A stretch of DNA of 62,727 nucleotides, filler included, from Choristocarpus tenellus KU-1152 (lineage: Eukaryota > Protista > Phaeophyceae), in NCBI GenBank assembly GCA_964200185.2. It is 7 parts of 7 records of this genome, joined end to end, with 100 filler letters (N's around TTAATTAATTAA, not from the genome) between each part and the next. Parts side by side here need not be neighbours in the genome. Positions count along the whole stretch, not along the records: positions 45,554 to 53,413 come from CAXNAD020005481.1; positions 53,514 to 59,716 come from CAXNAD020008692.1; positions 59,817 to 62,727 come from CAXNAD020023712.1; 4 more parts are not named here. The stretch is one strand, 5' to 3'. A model generated the notes under the pieces. The model was not told the origin of the DNA, searched no databases, and saw only the letters and a list, made by a program, of their open reading frames with translations. Positions 50,401-62,727 of the stretch are shown here, in pieces; within the stretch, counting starts at the first letter, position 1, and the number at the start of each line of letters is the position of its first letter. Made by a program: the position numbers and the translations under genes.

Positions 50401-52710
50401 TATATGAAATTTCTTTGCGTTTCATGGAAGCGTTGACAAAAAATATGTAAGATACTGGGAGGTCTCTGATACAACCCACCTCGTGAGCTCTTTAGCCGAC
50501 AAGGCTGTTGGGATATGTTTATCCTATACTTCAAACATACATATAATTTGAATTATGTAGGTCTCATCTCACACCTGTTCATATATACGTAACGTACCTT
50601 ACGAGCGCTACAACTGTGAAACTTATCATACTACTACTAGAGCATGTAACCTGCACACCTCCTGTTGTCATGGACAAACCAAAACTTGTATCGTTTACAC
50701 TGCTAAGCACCTTAACCCTATTCCCCACAGATAGGCTCAATATTTTCCAATTTTTAGGGATTGCATAGTATGGATACTTTAATGTCCATTGCATTCATTA
50801 CTTGAACTTACCCGAGAATGCAACATTAGCACTTTCACCATCACTGTTATGATGGTAGCTTTTAGGCATGTCACATTGGGCCAAACACAGGACTCACATT
50901 CCCCACATCTCCTACCTCCATTGTCAATGCTGGTATTACTGTCACACTTCTTGTATTATGCATGTATTGAGCCATATTATCCTAGCCTAGAACTTAGGTG
51001 ACCCCCATCAACAGAATGTATGTGTAGAAGAGGTGAAGGATCTTCTATCAGCACAAGTAAGTAATGCAGTCACAAAGGTCCCTCATATACTCAAACACCA
51101 CCCTCCTCTAGGATATTGCAGCTCCTAAAAATAGTTACTAGGTCATTTGCCTATACATCCATGTATGCCCAACTCCTATTCATCATGCACACACATGTAT
51201 ACATATATTAGTGTCACAAATTATGTAATACTCTGGAATACACAATTAAGCAGTACTACCATACTGTAGAGGATGGAGTCAAGCAAAAACGGAGAATTAA
51301 CATATTGTGTCTCCTCCTACTGTGTGATATTTCTTCAAGCACGTATATATATAATACAAAATATGTGCGTACAAATTATTCCAGAACATCTTATTTCTGC
51401 CCTAAGGCCTCTCATCCCACCACCATACTCTATTCACATCCAGAAGGAAAAAAGAGCCTCTCCCTGAAGATGTTACAAGTGGCCAAAAACATTCCACTGT
51501 GTTTTTCAACTTTTTATTAACTTTCTATTATGTAACACTAGTGTATATATTGGTCCATTACTGCAGACCTACCACTTGCCAAACCAGCACTGTTAAGAAG
51601 GTTTCAACAGTTAACCTGAGCGAGACACAGGGAAAATGATGGCATTAGACAAAATGCAAGTTGAGAGAACAGTAGATAAAACTTTTCTTGTGACCTCACA
51701 CCGATAGACACATGACATACATGCACATACTGTGAGTGTACACACAACCACTATACACATCGACACACACCCAAGTATCTATAAAATAAATAGCAAATTA
51801 CACAAAAGCTTCCTCCTACAACCCTCACTTTGCGGAGCTAGGCACGAGACATGCAACCAGCAGAACAAAAAAAAAGAAGAGAAAGCCCCACAACCAAAGA
51901 AAAAAAATGCATGCACAAACTACACTGACAGACTGGGACAAGCAGAGACAAACAGACACATACGCGAAAGACTAACAGTGGGTGGGTGCCATGTAAAACA
52001 AAAATCAATTTATTCACGGCCCCACTACAGCTAGCCTCTACTCAAATCAGCTACAAAGTTGCACAGGCAAGTCACACCTCAGTGTCACATATCTGCCCTT
52101 ATTGAGATGCACCCATCCTTGTTGGCTGCATCAGGTATTAAGACGAAACTGTAGAGCAGTGAATGCAGTGAATGCATCCACATTAAACAAGTTGCTTGTC
52201 TGGAGAAGTTGAACTTCTCTAGACACCCACAAAAGCTTTCCACAAGTAACTGCACAATACTAGCCCTCAAGCATTCCCAGGGGATGTAGCCACCGCCTGT
52301 CGTATGAGTGGGTCCATAAAATACTAACTGCATTTATTGCATGGTAGCTAGCCTGGAGAGTGCACGCACACATAATTGGATGCATCTAACAATAAAGAAA
52401 AACAAAAAAATTCAGGTCAAAAGCCTAAGAACACCCAGTTGCCAAAACAAGGACAAAAACAAGCTGGAAAGGATCATGCAAAAGTGCAGATTTCACAATT
52501 GAGGGCAGAGCAACTGGTAGGGACTGGAGGGAGGGAAACACCTCTTCATAAAGAAGCAAATGGCAACCCAATTGAGATGACTTTAGATTGCTCTGTCTTT
52601 CATGCGTAAAGCCTTTCTCACAAAACACCCACTAACCCTTCTACCCTCTCCACCCAACCCCACCCAAAGCCAGACAAAAACGTCTCCACTCTTGTGCTTC
52701 AAGGGAGGTT

Positions 52711-53413
52711 TCACATCAGTGCACAACCAGAGGGATCTGATCCAACAGCTCCAGCAGTTGGGCTGTGCACGACTCCCACCTCAGCCGCCTCTGTCAGCTC
52801 CTTGAGAAACCAGAATCGTACATGCAAATATGACCATGTTTTTATACCTTAGACAAAAGATAAAAATCTATGTTCAACTCTGCTTTTCTAAACTATTTTC
52901 CAAACAACTTCTTAGGAGGGGAGGTGATAAGACCACTTTTCATTGTGAAGGACTCAAACCAGGAAAAGCTGGTGGGGAGGGATATCAAGGATAAGGCTTG
53001 TAGCATACTTTTCCCGGTAGTGATGGAACTGCATCCATCCTATTGAGACAGTATCACATTCCTCGGAGAGAGAACTACAGTGTACATGGTAGTGCTATAT
53101 TACATTGGTGTGTTGCCCTATTAACATAAACATTAAAAACATACACATAAATACGGACTGATATTGGCAGGCGATAGGTTTTGGTGCAAGTCGCTGTGCA
53201 AGGAACGACTGAGAATAGTTCAAAGGTCGAACTTGTATGCCCTCAATGACAATTGAACAGCACAATCTAACCTGGAATAAATATATATATATATATATAT
53301 ATGGAGGTGATAACCAGATAAGCATAATGATACGAGGACAAGAAATACTTCTGAAGGTGAAAGGATACTTACGTCTCATCTATACACAAGAAGCTTTCCT
53401 GGGATATTGGGGG
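52711..53413 (-). CDS. Putative gene 3' end with UIM-like motif and CaaX box
   Basis: Candidate exons 53373-53413, 53241-53271 (needs a GC donor) and 52711-52800 give ...SFLCIDETLDCAVQLSLRELTEAAEVGVVHSPTAGAVGSDPSGCALM*. Confidence 0.45.
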
Positions 53414-53513
53414 NNNNNNNNNNNNNNNNNNNNNNNNNNNNNNNNNNNNNNNNNNNNTTAATTAATTAANNNNNNNNNNNNNNNNNNNNNNNNNNNNNNN
53501 NNNNNNNNNNNNN
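53414..53513. other. Artificial contig linker
   Basis: N44-TTAATTAATTAA-N44. Confidence 0.97.
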
Positions 53514-53643
53514 CTGACCAGGAAAAGTATACTTACATTATCCATCCGATGCATGCAATCAAATCACCCAAAAATCCCGACATGGAAAAATGGGCCTCGA
53601 ATGGACAGCTGCCACCTCCCCCCCCCCCCAGATACTTTGAGCC
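53514..53643. mobile_element. MITE family B, partial
   Basis: Family B interior; ends CCCCAGATACTTTGAGCC. Confidence 0.85.
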
Positions 53644-55190
53644 AGCATCCTATAGACTGATTGCAACGTGTAGGGTATTCTATTGGTGTTAATTATCCTC
53701 CCCAGAAATGTCATATACAATAACCTCTCGACCTTTGCAGAATGCCCTTTGGGAAAATAGTTTCGTTCAGCTCATCCCTTTCTAGACTGTTGTTATAGTG
53801 CCTTCAAGGTAGGGAATGGGGATCAATTAAAAACGAAAACAGTTGGCAGCGGGATTTCTCGTATCATAGCATGTTAGTAAAACGATACATAGACAAGTTA
53901 GAAAAAGATAGGATGACTAAATTTCTGTCTCATCATTGTTGATAGATAGACAAGTGTCACCTTCGAGCTGCCGAGGTTCTATGGTTGATGCTTATTGCAA
54001 AGGTGATATGTCAGGCAAGTTAAAGCTAGAACAAGCCAGAGAAGGCTTAGAAGCGGCGGTTAATCATCTTGGAAACATCAAAGAAGTCCGACATGAGGCC
54101 AAGTCAGGGGGGATATATCCTGAAGCTATAGAATAGGATGCAACCCACGCCCCCTGCAACACTTCCACTCCCTTGCCCTTCTGCCTCTGCATTGAAAATT
54201 TCTTGCTATATGTGCAGATTGAATCTTCACTTAATCTTCTTACCAGAAACTGCTGTGCCTCTGGCTTCTTTTTTCCTTTGGACTTGAGTTTACTGCCAAT
54301 GCTAGGCTCACTTACTTGAATATGTGATAAAACGTTTAACATAGTTGAGTTTTTCTAGTACGTTGACATATTTTGTATGCTTGAGTGTACGAAATAGGGT
54401 AGCTAACCTAATCTTGATCGTGATAATCTTGGGGGCAGAAGGACGAAACCAGTTTACCTCTCCTTAGAATAGATATTGTGCCATTTCACCTTCTCACTGT
54501 TGTTGCAGCCGTCTTTTGTCTAGGTGTATCATATTGCACACTGCTATTGAACTTAGGGTTAGGGTTAGGAAATTAAGGGGACAAAGTCGAACAAAAGATA
54601 AAGTTTAAACCAGTACGGAAAACAATTTTCATAGTCACTTGGGAGTACTTGTGAAGGAAGATACCCCCCCCTCCCTCTTTTTTCCCAACTCAAGGGAAAC
54701 AAGTGGCGCCGGTTCCCATTTGTTGATCGAACTTATCCTCCACAGGTGCCAGTGCTTCTGGACACCAATGTCAGCTGTGTTGATGGAGTCAACGACATAA
54801 TCTTCGAGGATGATGTCTCCTGGTTACTTATGAAGGTGTTCCCCTAAAGAGTTTAGCAAACTACAGACCTTTTTATACCATTCGTCATTACTTCAAATTA
54901 TTCCAGTTTTTTCTTACTTCGAAGTGCTATATTTTCTTTGCTTAACTGTAGTAGAGTGATCTCCAAGCCCGAAGTTTCTATTACTTCGCGGATTACTCAG
55001 GTTTGGGTTTCGGGCCAAGGAAGAGGCAACAGGAATGTCTAGCTGGGTTGGATAGGTGGGTGGGTGACCTAGGCGACATGTAGTGAAACTCACAAGATGG
55101 TGAACTTCTTTTTCCAGTGGGGAGACTCTTCTCCACCTCCTTTTTCTGTGCCTGTCAAATTTTTTGAATAATTTTTTTCTAGACAGTATG

Positions 55191-55443
55191 GACCCGAAGT
55201 ATCTTAGAGGGTAGAGTCGCGTCCATTTGGGGGTCAAAACCCAATGTTGCGATTTTGATGTAATTTTGGTGTTTATTAGGAAGTGTCAATATCCATGTTC
55301 TGAACACACCTTTTCATCACGTATACACTTTACCTACTCCTAAACATTTTGGAGATGGAAAATATCATCAAAGAACCAATGGGAAGCCAAGCCCCAAATG
55401 GACGAAGAGGGCAAAACTCGTACCCTCTAAGATACTTTCACTC
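55191..55443. mobile_element. MITE family A, TSD ATG
   Basis: GACCCGAAGTATCTTAGAGGGTA ... TACCCTCTAAGATACTTTCACTC; ATG on both flanks. Confidence 0.9.
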
Positions 55444-56174
55444 ATGGACTCCCACATGTGGCAGACTAGGAAATGTTTGTGGTACTTGGGTCATTACTAC
55501 TTGGAGCAAGGTCTGAATTAAGGTCTGAATTCCTTGTGAGGAGCCATCTATTCCCATGCGATTTCATTGAAATGGTCTGGCTTGTGGTGATGGATATCAA
55601 TGGGGTGTCAGCAACCAATTCTACTGTGGTCGATGCTATGTGCACTCATACTGCTCCCGACACAATCTGTTCCACCCATGGCCCCTGTATATGATTAACC
55701 ATAAACCTGTTGCTCCCCTCCTGTCTATTTACATCAATACCTACTGTCCACTGACATCAACATTTCTGGGTCATCATTTTATCTGTAGTCACAAGAGTTG
55801 TTTCCCTTGGTGTTGTATAGAAGAGGAAGAGATGGGGGGTTCAGCTCTAGCACTGCATGACTCCTTGACCTCAAACTAATTGCTCTCTCTCTTGGCTAGA
55901 ACAAAAAAAAAGAACCTGCAGCTCGAACATTCCACACATATATATTTTTTCAATTCACTTCCTTTCAACTCACACTGTAGGCAGTCCTGAATACAGAAAG
56001 GTGACAAGCTTGTTCCTTTTTTAGGATATCATGTTACTGTGCTTTATTTCACAACATCAAGATATTGATAGACGTGCAGCCTGCTGAAAGATGGGGGGTG
56101 TGGTACTCAGTGCTTGAGCTAAGAAATTGGCTAAGGCCTCCATTACTCACTTCCACAGCAGCAAGGTTGCACAA

Positions 56175-56248
56175 TAACCTTAAACCTAAACCCAAACCCA
56201 AACCTAAACCTAAACCTAAACCTAAACCTAAACCTAAACCTAACCCCA
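56175..56248. repeat. Telomere-variant hexamer tract (AAACCT)n
   Basis: About 11 units grading into CTAACCCC. Confidence 0.85.
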
Positions 56249-58373
56249 ACGTTTCTAAGGGCCAGTTCTAGTGTCAGAGAGCAGTATTGTATGCTTTCAA
56301 CTTTGTTGTTCTGAAGCAAATCACCGGTGCAACATACTAAACTCTCTGAAGGTGAAGTGCATATCTCGGAGAGGTATATTTTACTTTGTTTCATGTTGCT
56401 TTTATTTGTCAAGATCTTCATAATTGATGGTGTGAAATTGATTCCGACTGCACTTCAGCAGATATTTCTGATGCAAACTTAAGTTTCAGACTGAGTCCAG
56501 CGGTGGTAAGCTAAATGCTTGAATATTTCTTTCTTTCTTGTATATATTTTTTTAAGGATTTGAACAGACCATCCTTCACAGTCGTTAGGAAAGAAGTGTT
56601 ACGTTTTTCACAATTTCAGTTATTTATGTTTTTGGAACAGCCTTGCTGGTGGGGACTGGAATTAGTGTTAGTGCTAGTGTTAGTGCTAGAGTTAGTGTTA
56701 GAGTTAGGGTTGTGTCAGCTTCTTCTTATGACCTTCCTGCCCCTAAAACACATGTACCTCAGTTTGTACCGATAATTAGGAGATATTCACAAGATACTAA
56801 TGAAAAGTTTTCTCAAAAAACATTATAATGCATCCATGGGAATGAAATTCCACACCCCTTTACTCCACAGTAGTACCTGTGGATTTCAAAACTACGTCCC
56901 CTCATACAACCATAGAAAACAATATTGGCAAGAGAAATGAGTCATATGAGCAATATTTACTCCCCCCCCCCGCCCCGCTCCCAATCCCTGACCCTAACCC
57001 TAAGGCTATCCCTAAGCCTAAGCCCGAGCCTGAGTCAACTATGACCCTGACCCTGACCCTGACTCTATACACACTAATGAATTTGTATTGTACCATGCTC
57101 TACCATACTCCATCTTTGATGCAAGGGAGATCGTATCCGCATCAGCAGCTCCAAGGGTTATGAATGGACTGTGCTCTGCCTGACCGTGGTCCCCAAAGGC
57201 AAGGGAAGGTGTCGAGTTACCCTGACAGAAGCCTACAACCATCACCAGGTAGGCATGAAGTCTGTCAAATGTACAGAACATCATGATTTTGGGATGAAAA
57301 TTAGTGAAATACAAAGAAAATAGTACTCGAGTCAACTTTGTTTGATCGGTTTTTTGTTTGTTCAATCTCTGGTGGTGTATTTCAGTAGGGAGTGGTGTCT
57401 TCTTTTGGAGGTTGTAATAGTCTCAAAGCTTTCGGTTGGAACAAGTAACTGGGAGATCCTGTTTGGCGGTGGGATCTGTTAGTTTGAAATAGTACAGCAT
57501 TATCAGAGGTGTGTCAGAAATTATTGTTGGAGTAATTTGGGGCTAGGGCTGCAGTTAGACATTTCGAATTATTTAGAAATCATCAAAACAAGTCAAGGGC
57601 GTATGCAAGTGGAAGAAATCCAGTAACCAGAATCACTGTTGTTCCCAAACACTGATACAAACAAAGAACGTCACACCTTTCTAGGCCATTCTATTCATAA
57701 CCTCCTTCACAACTACTCTAGGCCCTTTCGGCCATCAATGACAGTGCTCTTGGCCATGGCAAGGGGGCAAAACCAGAGTCAGCACCATTTTCTGGAAAGG
57801 CGGATCTTAAAATTAGCCCTGGACACCATCCCACTCGTCGCAATCTTCATACTCAAACGCCACAACATCGGGAACTCAAGCTTGCCTCTGAAAATCGTGG
57901 GAAACCCTTGTCCAGTGACAGCACCATCCCGTCCCATAGTCAATCTAGCAGGGCAGAGCGACAGAAGAACACTCTAAGCCCTTCATCCAGTATCCAAGGA
58001 AAAAAGAAAGACAGGAATAATCGAGGTAGGAGTGGGGGGGGCGGACTCGGGTCAAATTTCAGAAATGGAGGAAAGGTAGAGGGCCAACGGGTCCGCAATG
58101 CTACACCCCAGCCATCCATGCTGGAGAGATTCACTAAGAACGTGGAGGGGCTTGGGTTGTCTGATGCCTTGGCGGACAATGGGGGGAAGAGGAGGTATGC
58201 AACAAGACGTAAGAGCAGTTTTATTGGAGGGGATGACTATGCTGTTGTTTGCGTATTTCTTTTGACCAATCAATTGTTGATGTCCAATGAGTTGTTTTCC
58301 TTGTCAAGCAGACAATGATTACAATGACACCTGTTATTTCTGCTAATCAATAGGGACACATTGTTATAGGTTG

Positions 58374-58631
58374 GAGTGAAAATATATTCGAGTGTACGAA
58401 TTTTGCCCTGTTTGTCCATTTGGGGCTTGGCTTCCTATGTTTTTTTTAATGACATTTTCCTACTCCAAAATGTTTAGGAGTAGGTAAAATGTATATGCTC
58501 TGAAAAGTGTGTCTGGAACATGGATATTGACATCTCCTAACAAACGTAATAGCCAAAATTACATCAAAATCGTAACCTTGGGTTTTGGCCCCCAAACGGA
58601 TGTGGTGCTACCCTCTAAGATACTTTGGCTC
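58374..58631. mobile_element. MITE family A, opposite orientation, TSD TTG
   Basis: GAGTGAAAATA... to TACCCTCTAAGATACTTTGGCTC; TTG on both flanks. Confidence 0.88.
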
Positions 58632-59512
58632 TTGATGTGAACAGGTTGACTTGCACATGTCACATCAATGTGGCAATCGAGCTATGGTATGAAGCAACCT
58701 CCTTTTTGTTGGACAAATTGACTGGAAACATAAAACAACAGTGACACCAAACATTCTCTAGTTAGTACCCCAAAAAAGCACAAGGCAGGCATCAACCCTT
58801 TTGCTATGCCTTGCTTCCGTCTAATGTACATTGACACCATTCTCAACCTGGAAGGCGGGGATCAGTTCTTGGTGGATACAATGCTCATGCTATGGTGCTG
58901 AATGATCAACGGAAGGCAAAAACTTCAGGAGACGTTGGATTCCAAGGGGATAAGTTGGCAGGGACACAAATAGATCCGGGGCAAAAGCACAAGGATAATA
59001 ATGAACCCCGCCGTATATCTGAGTTGGGCTGGAACGGTGGTGAGGGAGGAAAGGTGCGCCTAGCAGAGATGTGTGGAGAGGCGACTGTTGTGGGGTTGTC
59101 GGCTGGCAAGATGGTTAGGGGAGGTGGAGAGCTGTCATTTGCCCCGTGCCAGAGAGTGTGGAAGATGGTGCCTGAGACAAAGGACACCAGGCCTAAGTGG
59201 CTCAAGGAATATGAGGTAAAGTGCAAGGACAGGGGGTAAGGTTCAGTTCTTGAGGCTGAGGTTTGGAGTTAGGGTTAGTGTTAGAGTTGGGGTTAAAGAT
59301 GGTTGAATGGGTAATACGAGGCTGGAATTGTGATGTGGCTGCCGATTTTGAGAGTGTGTGAAGGTCTTGCATGTGCTACATGTAAGAGCGAAGACAGGGG
59401 CGGGCCTACTACGTGGGAAATGATGACTGTTGAGTAGTGCTCACAGCCTTCCCGGGTTGTTGATGATGCTCAATTCACTATGAACATGTGTGTGTCCTTC
59501 AGGCCACACGAT

Positions 59513-59689
59513 GGCTCGAAGTATCTGGGGGGGGGGGTCTACACCAGGGTGTCCATTTGGGCCCTGACCAGGAAAAGTGCACTTACATTATCCATCCGAC
59601 ACATGCAACCAAATCACACAAAAATCGCAACATGAAAAATTGGCCCCAAATGGACAGCCGCCCCCCCCCCCCCCCCGACATTTTAGCCG
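59513..59689. mobile_element. MITE family B next to contig end
   Basis: GGCTCGAAGTATCTGGGG start, full interior, degraded right TIR after poly-C. Confidence 0.82.
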
Positions 59690-59716
59690 ACTTTGGTTTC
59701 CACCTTCTTTTGCTCT

Positions 59717-59816
59717 NNNNNNNNNNNNNNNNNNNNNNNNNNNNNNNNNNNNNNNNNNNNTTAATTAATTAANNNNNNNNNNNNNNNNNNNNNNNNNNNN
59801 NNNNNNNNNNNNNNNN
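59717..59816. other. Artificial contig linker
   Basis: N44-TTAATTAATTAA-N44. Confidence 0.97.
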
Positions 59817-60042
59817 CCATTTGGGGGCCAAAATCCAACGTTGCGATTTTGATGTAATTTTGGCTGGCGTGTTTGTTAGGAAGTGTTAATATCCATGTTG
59901 CGGACACACCTTTTGTAACATAAACACTCAACCTACTCCTACACATTTTGGAGTAGGAAAATGTCATAAAAGAACCCATCGAAAGCCAAACCCCGAATGG
60001 ACAGACTGGGCAAAACTCGTACCCTCTAAGATACTTTCACTC
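59817..60042. mobile_element. MITE family A, left end lost in linker
   Basis: Family A interior; ends TACCCTCTAAGATACTTTCACTC. Confidence 0.88.
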
Positions 60043-60050
60043 TCACGTCA

Positions 60051-60278
60051 GAGTCAAAGTAAGCGAGAGGTACCCAGAGTCGCATTTTAACAATGCTGGC
60101 AAATATGTTCAAAATCTGGCTGTTTTTACAGGTTCATGTAGGATCTTTTCTGAATTCTGTCCAAAAGTCAAACTTAGCACTTATCCATGGAAATATGAGT
60201 GAATTGCATAAGATTGAAAAACTGTCTTAGGATGCAAAACGGCCAAAACCTGGGTCCCTCTCGCTTACCTTGAGACTC
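60051..60278. mobile_element. MITE family C (228 bp)
   Basis: Imperfect TIR GAGTCAAAGTAAGCGAGAGGTACCCAG / CTGGGTCCCTCTCGCTTACCTTGAGACTC; flanks TCA and TCC; interior unrelated to A and B. Confidence 0.75.
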
Positions 60279-60934
60279 TCCTGGAACACTAGCCTTCATG
60301 ACCAGGAGCTACTACCGTCGGATGAGGCTTGGTTACAAATTGATGTATCTATCCCTTTGTACCAACCTAGCATTAATGTCAGTCCTCAACTATCACATAA
60401 ATTCTATATCGCACTGGGTGCCATCCTAAAAGGTGTCCGATTCTGTCATTTCATCAAACATGTCCAGTTCCGACCAATAACTGGTGGTTTAACCACCCTA
60501 CACTTTTGCTATACCCGATCACGACAATTATCCACCCGATAGCTAGGACACATGTCCATATAATTTTTGATTGCTCAGCAAATACTCCCCTTTGCCCCTC
60601 TAAGGAAGCTTGCTCAGAATTCGCCTTGATCCTGCCCCCTCTTGTCCTCTACCCCTGTCTTTGACTTTCATTGTATTTTGCCTCGTTCTTCTTAGCCTTC
60701 CTCTCCTCCATCCACTCATTTTTCATTCATTTATGAGATATCCAGTATCCTTTCAGGCCATTCACACATTATGCCTTTCGTCTATACCCTCCCTACCTTT
60801 TCTTCCCTTGCCATCGTGTCACCTGGTTAATGTATCAATCTACCATTGCAAATTATCACACTCGCAAAATTCAGATTACTTCCACAAACTTTCCCTCATT
60901 AAAGCTTGTTGATATTGCCCCAAGTGCAATGTGA

Positions 60935-61400
60935 AACTCAGTGAGGACCACGCAGACATACGGTCTGTCTTTGCAAGGAGGCAAGGCATGGAGGGTTGAC
61001 CCTTGGAGGACATTCTTGCCACCTCGAGCTTGCCGGCGGGAGGAGGCGAGGGAGATATCTGTGTTTGCCAATGCTGATCTCTGTTGTATTGGAACGAAGC
61101 TGGTTCAGCATGGTCGTATATATGGCAAGGAAGGCAAGAGGTTCGTTCTGTGTATGGCGGGCCTTTGATGAAATAGGTATGGACATGAGGTTACTAAGAA
61201 ATTGTGGAGGAATACAATGTGGATGAACGAGTAATTTTTTGGCAGAGGCTCGTGTTGATTGTCAGCCACACTCCACCTTTGTATCTTGAAAATACCTGAC
61301 CCAGTTGGATGTGAAGTAGGTGCACATAATCTCTTAGTCGTGATGGATAACACCTTTGAAGACAAGATATCTCGCCGATCAGATAGTGTAGATGCTTTTT
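60935..61400 (+). pseudogene. Possible highly decayed Ty1/copia RT-RNase H remnant
   Basis: Fragments RTTQTYGL, ISVFANAD, SWFS and DVK*VHI in the copia order, spread over different frames. Confidence 0.3.
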
Positions 61401-62727
61401 CTTATGTGAGTACAATACCGAGCAGCGCAGATTTATAGTGCCTCATGGAAACCAAACCCCGTAATAGAGAACCAAGCCCAACACTATCTCTAACACTAAC
61501 CCTAACACTAACCCTAACACTAAACAATTTTTGAATATTTGGGGGGTGTTTTTGAAACATTATTCGATGTTTTTTGGGAAGTATAGAAACCATTTTTGAC
61601 CTTAGAGTTTGGGTTAGATCCTAAAACGTAATCCTAACCCCGAGTGACGAAATATAAAAAAATTATGATCAGCCTTGGTTCCATAATCCACTGCACCGAT
61701 CACACTGAATAAAGTTAGGGGTATTGCTTGTCCTACCTTGTACTTTACGTTGTGGCCCCTTCCCCTCGGCTCATCTACTTGTGCAGTTACACATGTTGGT
61801 TGAGTACTGGCATGACCACCTCCAGTGAGACACTGTCGGTTGGCTTACTACATATTTCATCTCTACCAGGGTGTGAAGGGAAGCCAAAAAAAGTCAACGT
61901 TCACCCTATGATGCCCTCGTCTCGAAGTTCCCAAACCCTAATCAATAATATTCAATTCCGAGCAACAATGGGCAGATAACTGAGAAACCATGTTACTTTG
62001 GTCCTTCTCAAGTGTTTGTAGAAAGTGTTCTCGCGGATAAGTTCAATAAAGTCAGATTTAAGTGAGTAAACTACTACGCTTCCAATGGTGTTCTTCCAAA
62101 TTTCAACACAACCCCAAAAAAAATCTTCACGTCTCTCCACATGCAAACCTAACTCCCTACAACTGCCTCTCTACTGGTTTGGACGCAATATGACGAACTA
62201 AGTGCAGGAACAAGCTTGAGCTAACACACTTACAGGTATTGAATATGTTACAATGATCTCACCCCAACAAGTATCTTCATCTACCCCTGCTCTCTGAAAG
62301 AGAACAGCAACATATCATACTGGTATGGCAACAAAAGTGTGCGGTAAATCAGTAAGAACACGAGGGTTCTAATTGACTTGATTTGGTCAATTGCAAAAAG
62401 AAACCACAAGTTCTGCCACCCTTTGTACTTACTTGCTCTTTGCAACTCCTACAGCTACACGGACGTCGAGGATAATATGTCTCCTACTGATGACTCCACA
62501 TGCTGCAGGCAGGCTTCGTATTTGCACGGAAAACTGTCACCATGCATGCATACTGAGAACGAAGGGGATGAAGAGTGATACATAAAATGTTGCACACACG
62601 TCGTCCTACAATATCTTTGTGTTGAACCTACCCCCCCCCCCCTCCTTGCACTCACTGCCCAACCCAAACACAGCTATACTCAAACCCCCAACAACACACA
62701 GACCGGAAAACCAACCCCCCCCACCCC

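Noticed and set aside
54746-54836. Exon-like piece VPVLLDTNV... resembling a PIN-domain start
   Set aside because: Single short motif with no supporting neighbouring exons.
57639-59239. Short ORFs that could be gag-like or gene remnants
   Set aside because: No recognisable motifs; cannot support a call.
1-62727. tRNA, rRNA or snRNA genes
   Set aside because: None recognised by eye; tRNAscan-SE/Infernal would be needed to exclude them.

Overview
Eukaryotic, intron-rich nuclear DNA from a plastid-bearing organism with TTAGGG-type telomeric repeats; a brown alga or close stramenopile relative is inferred, not proven. The window is seven sequence segments joined by six artificial 100-bp linkers (N44-TTAATTAATTAA-N44), so adjacency across linkers is not guaranteed. 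Contents: (1) a decayed CRE-like non-LTR retrotransposon carrying three nested insertions; (2) a multi-exon long coiled-coil gene (- strand) head-to-head with (3) a gene predicted to encode LOTUS/OST-HTH + RRM + CCCH zinc finger + RGG tail; (4) an SGNH/Cap64-like exon; (5) 14 in-phase internal exons of a plastid stromal processing peptidase (M16) whose introns are saturated with short telomeric tracts in both orientations; (6) the 3' end of a forkhead-like winged-helix gene and a possible UIM+CaaX gene end; (7) about 14 copies or fragments from three related MITE families sharing terminal motifs, with variable, mostly 3-bp target-site duplications; (8) several minisatellites and local duplications. 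The most unusual signals are evidence for telomere-templated rewriting of intronic DNA and the LOTUS-RRM-CCCH-RGG protein. All domain calls are by-eye motif recognition; no searches were run.
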